Positions 61,201 to 63,800 of a DNA stretch of 63,800 nt are shown here, piece after piece. The DNA comes from Minisyncoccota bacterium (GTDB taxonomy: Bacteria > Patescibacteriota > Minisyncoccia > Phycocordibacterales > Phycocordibacteraceae), in the NCBI GenBank assembly GCA_039927695.1, contig JBDSUM010000020.1, forward strand, positions 1 through 63,800. Reading direction: 5' to 3'. Position 1 is the first letter of the stretch; each line of letters starts with the position of its first letter. Position numbers and translations under genes: made by a program. Under the pieces are notes generated by a model. The model saw only the letters and a list, made by a program, of their open reading frames with translations. It was not told where the DNA came from and did not search any database.

Positions 61201-63391
61201 GGAGATCGGCCGCGTCGCCCAATGCAAATTGAATTCCTCCGTAATTATAAATACTTATAAAACTACTAACCATTAAATCACTCAGTCCATTGCCACTTAT
61301 ATTTCCCGTTCGTGGACCAACATCCCCATAGCTATCCGGATTGGATATAAAGTATGGAAGAGGTATGAATCTTGAGGGGTCATATTTCCAACCGGAACCT
61401 GTATTAAGATATGAGAAATTAGTAGTCCAGGAGAAACTTGCCGGATTATTGGTGTACGGTAAATATCCTACGGCTGAAGAAACATCAGGCAAGCCATCGC
61501 CATTGAGATCTGAAATTATCATTCCCGGCTGTTGGGCTTGAAGTGAGCCAGGGAGAATCCATGTTGGATCATTGGTCCATCCATGTCCATTGTTTATATA
61601 AGCCTGATTCTGAACACCATAATTTCCATCCATCCCTTGCAAGATATCAGCAAGACCATCGCCATTTATATCCGCCAAAACTCCGCCGCCCGCTCTTCCT
61701 GTATCATTGGTAAATATAACCGGCAGTCCATTTGGATCAATTGGGATGTTCCATGAGTAATTACGAGCCCATCCGGAACCAGTATTTAAATACACTTGCT
61801 GGGTATATAAAAAGGAGGAATTTGATGGAACGAACTTTCTGTCTGAATACACCAAATCCACTAACCCATCCCCGTTTATGTCACCAAACCTAACTCCCAT
61901 ATCTGTATATTTACCTAAGGCAGAATCAAGGTAATTCATACTAACAGGTGTATCCCAAGTGGAGCTTGCCATCCAATTCGTACCAGTATTTATAAATACA
62001 CTATTAGTACATATAAAATCTGGGAGTCCATCTCCATTAACGTCCACCAATCTTCCTCCTCCGTCATCTGTATAGTGCGGTTCGACAATGAAATTACAAG
62101 GCGGGTTAAATGTTGGTGAATAACTTGTTGACCATCCGGAACCAGTATTTAAATACACTCCCCTTGAGACTGAATATCCTAGATTTTCATACGATTGGAC
62201 CAGGTCTGCAAGACCATCTCCATTAACATCTGCCATGGATATACCTCTATCTGTACCATTTTCTACAAAATTACCGGCAGGATTACTCCACGTACTCGTA
62301 GCCATGGCTGACGTAGAAGTTGAGTAGTTGAAGGTAGTTGGTGGAAGCGCAAGAGTAGTAGAAGCATTCTTTCCTATCTCAGTTATATTCTTTAGTAGTG
62401 TTCTAACAGAGTTATCACCGGCACCATATCCAAGCGTGTAACTTTTCGTTGTTGAGCCATTTATTTGTATGTCGATTTGATTCACCTGATATCTGGTCTT
62501 TACAGGAAAGCCTGCGGCCGAAGATGTAGCCGTGGACGTTGCCAGCAAGCCAAGAGTAAAATTTATTGCAAACGGGGGTGTCGACGTTGAAGTATTATTA
62601 GCACTATAGGTGATTGATGAGGGGTATATTTGACCCAAATCTTTTGAGTAAGTATAGGTAATACTGTTACCGTTTGTATCTATCTGCTTCTGGAGATACC
62701 ACCTGAATATTTTCGTACTTGTCGTGTCATCTTGCCGACTTTGAGGGGCGAGACCAAATCTATAAATCGTACCCGCCTTATCGACGGCAGTCCAAGCATT
62801 ATTGCCAAAACTGTATTGCATATTGGATCCATCATCATTTCTTGCAACAAACATTGCACTTGTACTTGTGGCAGTAAGCTCTCCTGACACTGATGAATAA
62901 AAAAATGTTGAAAGAGTCGTGGTTGAATATAAGTCATCAAGACCAGTTTTGTTATATCTCTGAATATACGGAATCGAGAGTCCCCATCCATATCCAAATC
63001 CGGTATCAGAATGATCGTTTGAAGAATATGACAGCATAAGATCAGGAGTCATTCCTGATCTTCCTGGAGGTATTGAAAATGTAAACTGGTATGCAAATGT
63101 ACCAGGCTGACTGCCCCTGCTAGGATCAATGACGTTTCCCGTACTTACAGCTTCTTTACTGCTTATAGGTATTGGTTGAGTACCGCCGCCGCCAGCTGAC
63201 ATAGGACTCAGGGTGGAAGCTTTTGATGCGGTTACAGAAGGGCTCTTAGCTGTAGCCACTTTTGTAGGCGCAGGAGCAATTGAGGCTGCGAAGCTGAAAA
63301 GTGGTGCGCTTAAAAGAAAAAAGAGGGCTAGAAAGACCACCTCTTTTTTAAAAGTGGAGAGAGCGCACACCATCCGGTGAGTGTTCCTCAT
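55241..63391 (-). CDS. Giant secreted RHS/YD-repeat polymorphic toxin with a Tc-toxin TcB/TcC-like fused architecture
   Basis: 2716 aa. Signal peptide; SpvB-type N-domain (FTFSIPPGRSGMTPDLMLSYSS); six DxNGDGxxD FG-GAP/VCBS blades; YD repeats; RHS core ending DPTGL; a 175-aa C-terminal domain. Confidence 0.9.
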   Translation of the reverse strand: MRNTHRMVCALSTFKKEVVFLALFFLLSAPLFSFAASIAPAPTKVATAKSPSVTASKASTLSPMSAGGGGTQPIPISSKEAVSTGNVIDPSRGSQPGTFAYQFTFSIPPGRSGMTPDLMLSYSSNDHSDTGFGYGWGLSIPYIQRYNKTGLDDLYSTTTLSTFFYSSVSGELTATSTSAMFVARNDDGSNMQYSFGNNAWTAVDKAGTIYRFGLAPQSRQDDTTSTKIFRWYLQKQIDTNGNSITYTYSKDLGQIYPSSITYSANNTSTSTPPFAINFTLGLLATSTATSSAAGFPVKTRYQVNQIDIQINGSTTKSYTLGYGAGDNSVRTLLKNITEIGKNASTTLALPPTTFNYSTSTSAMATSTWSNPAGNFVENGTDRGISMADVNGDGLADLVQSYENLGYSVSRGVYLNTGSGWSTSYSPTFNPPCNFIVEPHYTDDGGGRLVDVNGDGLPDFICTNSVFINTGTNWMASSTWDTPVSMNYLDSALGKYTDMGVRFGDINGDGLVDLVYSDRKFVPSNSSFLYTQQVYLNTGSGWARNYSWNIPIDPNGLPVIFTNDTGRAGGGVLADINGDGLADILQGMDGNYGVQNQAYINNGHGWTNDPTWILPGSLQAQQPGMIISDLNGDGLPDVSSAVGYLPYTNNPASFSWTTNFSYLNTGSGWKYDPSRFIPLPYFISNPDSYGDVGPRTGNISGNGLSDLMVSSFISIYNYGGIQFALGDAADLLNHVTESGGKQITPTYQSTSKFRDSNNNLLNPKLASFFPAVQKIQTYDGVAATSTESYQYKDGTLYFGSSTDRRSGGFGSITKTDAVGNKSTSYFHTGNGSATSTGEYLDTQSKIGKVYRVENYNSATTLFKVLITKWDNVIRGLANFIWPIRTTSYDYDGGSTPKVVAEESSYSTTTGDLLQKISWGEVSALGDDGSFTDIGTDERITNLSYAASTTLPFSKVSEKITLDQNNALLGDTRYLYDGLGLGSIAKGNMTEQDDLKTASSTFIQSIRKVYNSFGLVTQEINPRSATTTYVYDTYNLYPAKVTNSFSQSTAFLYNYYNGQPTRTTDPNGFVKKNTYDLLNRLIGVLKPDPIATSTLSTSTEFIYTDTGMPRLTHQIDYLNATSSVHTYLYKDGYGREVESRAQAEGTSTYAVKDSYYNGVGLLSSQSLPYFGSGTSYTGVTLPPSTSLLTTYAYDPLQRPLRITNSVGSTINSYSPWHVTTIDPNNNVKDAYKDAYGNLSSIIEHPGSLSGTTQYVYNGNNYLTKIIDAAGNVRNFNYDLLGRRLRAEDLHPTADSSYGAWNSVYDDTGNLTQQTDPKNQVINYTYDLLNRPLTEDYSGLTGIETTYVYDSCAFGIGHLCSATVATSTATTSYAYDISGNTVQEKEAIGGVNYSTFRAFDRLGNTTSITYPDNSQVLYTYNNAGLLESISQKPSGANTYTGIVTNFNYSPTSQIAYKQFGNGVTTTNTYDAAHLYRLSRIQTVSSSGFGTLMVTPAMSATTTESRSPATTQTATSSLLSFKDINKKIILAFNDDPTYQPTFYPAASADSTTPATQPDVPKVDASTSMQSSKDKKDVPDVSASTTDGSIASTTTATTSSAEQSLPKIIPTLNLPDASTILLATTTQSGFTASTTQKFQRTFADELKMLPDNSPELALKAPRVSILGEILLKEGLIKYAYRTNISVDNLPASDGTLKEARKDGVILGSEVVGKRTATTRTFATNNPQVFVAEINSGEPSYYKDTDGSWWLASYAVTTPTAFDAQMKPAPKSFIDALISFFVPQRALATGATFYPGAGEGAYGADGNMYLDNFTDWFSEWDYPASNNYDYLSTHEGVNAKYGTGYGPDFYGITRALIGFNATSLDSRAVISSASINLYITIHTQSGSENRVFITTAAPYHDDRVYLNDYATLGNIAVGSSSGTYITNAYNQINLTPAGIAQITNAGISHFGVKTYNDMYNIAPTASTTYDTNWASAESGVSTAPQLVITYSLAPGTPNTLLTEGQANPTTLGNHTPSFSALFSDADVGDYATNYQLQISTSSTIWTNPFWDSSQHAITASTTNGARSPDIIYGGSPMSASTPYYWRIRFWDSFNSPSVWSTETASFSIAPWYNPSAPTNLLVNGTTSPMSLSSTTPTFTATYNNTIATDTASSYEIQVTNSGAGWIAPTWDSLKQTLASSTPSGIQIQPVTYSGQTLISGSAYDWRIRFWNSEDSVGAWSTTTATFGIASGLATADLQDIFYTYDNNGNILQINDLSGTTAGKVERFTYDSLNRLLNASTTAASTLPFSQSYTYDLLGNFTNKSDVGNYTYAGTGYANPHAPTTIGATALTYDNNGNLTNYGTTTYQWDYKNRMTGSVTGSTTTTNFYDYLSQRIKTVIGGVTTSNPNNLYNISGTTTTDHIYDTQGNPVATYQLSSSTQTYTYLHADNLGSTNVTSNSLGHLNETTDYYPYGALRIDTGSPLEQRKYIGQQYDGSTGLNYLNARYQDPARGQFLSEDPTFLAIGDPQKLKSLAGIDQATVLSDPQSLNSYSYARDNPITKSDPTGLWYGELLSGQQSFSSFGNEINSAATYLPQVNSTWGTALSHPIVAGMGVGVLSVPVAEAGMSSVAAVTTTNLSAGTSFLAGRALQTAGYSYLTYEALRNIPNTIDIVSSGLKSKDPYVRAKAAVTAAYNTIPALAGEKVGGMTDVVSLFTAEVNLIKNVANRTQTSNSKDFKKTNSK
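55244..55768 (-). other. C-terminal cargo (toxin) domain, 175 aa, of unrecognised family
   Basis: It lies after DPTGL. Gly/Ala-rich hydrophobic stretches (HPIVAGMGVGVLSVPVAEAGMSSVAAV). No nuclease, deaminase or ART motif was recognised. Confidence 0.6.
55769..56699 (-). other. RHS/YD-repeat block 2 with the RHS core, ending at the DPTGL motif (aa ~2231-2541)
   Basis: DIFYTYDNNGNIL, FTYDSLNRLL, YTYDLLGNF, LTYDNNGNL, YYPYGALR, RKYIGQQYDGSTGLNYLNARYQDPARGQFLSEDP, and DPTGL at 55769-55783. Confidence 0.85.
56700..58949 (-). other. Non-RHS module of about 750 aa inserted between the RHS blocks
   Basis: An S/T-rich linker, an unknown domain, a DNRLRE-like beta-sandwich (TRALIGFNATSLDSRAVISSASINLYI), and two tandem ~119-aa FN3-like repeats ending YWRIRFWDS..WS and DWRIRFWNS..WS. 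Confidence 0.65.
58950..61204 (-). other. RHS/YD-repeat block 1 (aa ~730-1481)
   Basis: Many YxYDxxGNL/RL-type repeats (YVYDTYNLYP, NTYDLLNRLIG, FNYDLLGRRL, YTYDLLNRPL, YAYDISGN, YTYNNAGLL). Confidence 0.85.
61232..62254 (-). other. FG-GAP/VCBS beta-propeller region (aa ~380-720)
   Basis: DVNGDGLADL, DVNGDGLPDF, DINGDGLVDL, DINGDGLADI, DLNGDGLPDV and NISGNGLSDL. Most are followed about 20 aa later by YLNTGSGW-type motifs, with a 60-65 aa period. Confidence 0.8.
62342..63139 (-). other. SpvB/TcB N-terminal-like domain of the giant protein (aa ~85-350)
   Basis: PPGRSGMTPDLMLSYSS, GFGYGWGLSIP and WYLQKQIDTNGNSITYTY blocks. Confidence 0.7.
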
Positions 63392-63498
63392 AATACGTTG
63401 TTACCTATACAGTAGCCCGAACTATTCAATAACCTGATTTAAAGCTGTGGACATCTTTATTTTGAGGACTTCTGCGAATCTTAACTCTCTCCTTTTTG

Positions 63499-63519
63499 CC
63501 GCATCCATTCTGGATGCGG
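63499..63519. terminator. Hairpin between mltG and the giant toxin gene
   Basis: CCGCATCCA-TTC-TGGATGCGG. The T-run lies on the plus-strand side and an A-run on the other, so its orientation and efficiency are uncertain. Confidence 0.5.
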
Positions 63520-63524
63520 TATTT

Positions 63525-63800
63525 TTATTTCAAATACTTATTAACATTACTCTTCTGTCCTCCATACGTAACAGAACAATGAATATCGTGGCTCGCGTCA
63601 TGGAGGTAGAAAAGGCAATTCGTACTTTCAGGATTGAGTACTGCAGCGATAGACTCAAGGCTCGGGTTATTGATAGGGTGCGGCGGAAGACCAGTGTGTT
63701 GGTACGTATTAAAAGGAGACTTTAGATATTTGTCGGCACTTAAGGGCGTGGGCCACCAATTCCCTTCTGTTCCCTTTATATATTGCAGCGTTGCATCTGC
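63525..63800 (-). CDS. mltG: Endolytic transglycosylase MltG (YceG-like), C-terminal 91 codons only; the gene continues beyond the window
   Basis: Hand translation of the minus strand: ..SPFNTYQHTGLPPHPINNPSLESIAAVLNP..CLFYLHD..H..SVTYGGQKSNVNKYLK, stop at 63525-63527. It is absent from the ORF track because no start codon lies in the window. Confidence 0.75.
   Translation of the reverse strand, partial: ADATLQYIKGTEGNWWPTPLSADKYLKSPFNTYQHTGLPPHPINNPSLESIAAVLNPESTNCLFYLHDASHDIHCSVTYGGQKSNVNKYLK

Noticed and set aside
63447-63725. Plus-strand 92-aa track ORF at the right end of the window.
   Set aside because: It is antisense to a clear MltG C-terminal coding region (63525-63800, minus strand), which lacks a start codon in the window and is therefore missing from the track.

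Overview
This is a 63.8-kb window of a compact bacterial chromosome. Most genes are on the minus strand. Intergenic spacers are very short or absent, and many genes end in hairpin terminators flanked by A and T tracts. I found six tRNA genes and the RNase P RNA gene.

The backbone is housekeeping: tsaD, valS, lepA, murJ, a class II ribonucleotide reductase, groES-groEL, secG, RNase J, a DEAD-box helicase and typA. It also carries DNA repair genes (AlkB, a MutY-like and an Nth-like glycosylase, an MGMT-like protein) and envelope or redox proteins (PrsW, HtpX, LemA, VKOR, DsbA-like, MsrB, Bcp, a glutaredoxin-like protein). The many small DUF-type membrane proteins, the O-antigen-ligase/TPR fusion and the tight packing are consistent with a reduced-genome, possibly Patescibacteria/CPR-like organism. 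That assignment is inference only.

Three segments look AT-richer by eye (not computed) and appear accessory:
- **1-2439:** a canonical CRESS-DNA-virus-type origin hairpin (nonanucleotide TAGTATTAC), an intact HUH+SF3 Rep gene, and a large serine recombinase whose ATG overlaps the rep stop codon. It lies next to two tRNA genes. This is the most unusual item in the window.
- **45.5-48.0 kb:** an operon encoding a secreted M23 peptidase, a TolB-like beta-propeller and a small anchored protein.
- **54.2-63.4 kb:** a 2716-aa secreted protein that looks like a fused Tc-toxin TcB/TcC cocoon. It carries a ~750-aa inserted module and an unrecognised 175-aa C-terminal cargo, and is followed by small two-TM candidate immunity genes.

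Other observations:
- CDSs that start 0-3 nt after tRNA 3' ends, and leaderless-type promoters.
- Similar RGG-rich N-terminal tails on both RNase J and the DEAD-box helicase.
- Two HhH-GPD glycosylases that lack 4Fe-4S cluster ligands.
- Several unexplained structured non-coding stretches.

No CRISPR array, rRNA gene or transposase was seen. All coordinates come from reading the sequence by hand. RNA ends and regulatory sites are accurate to a few nt at best.
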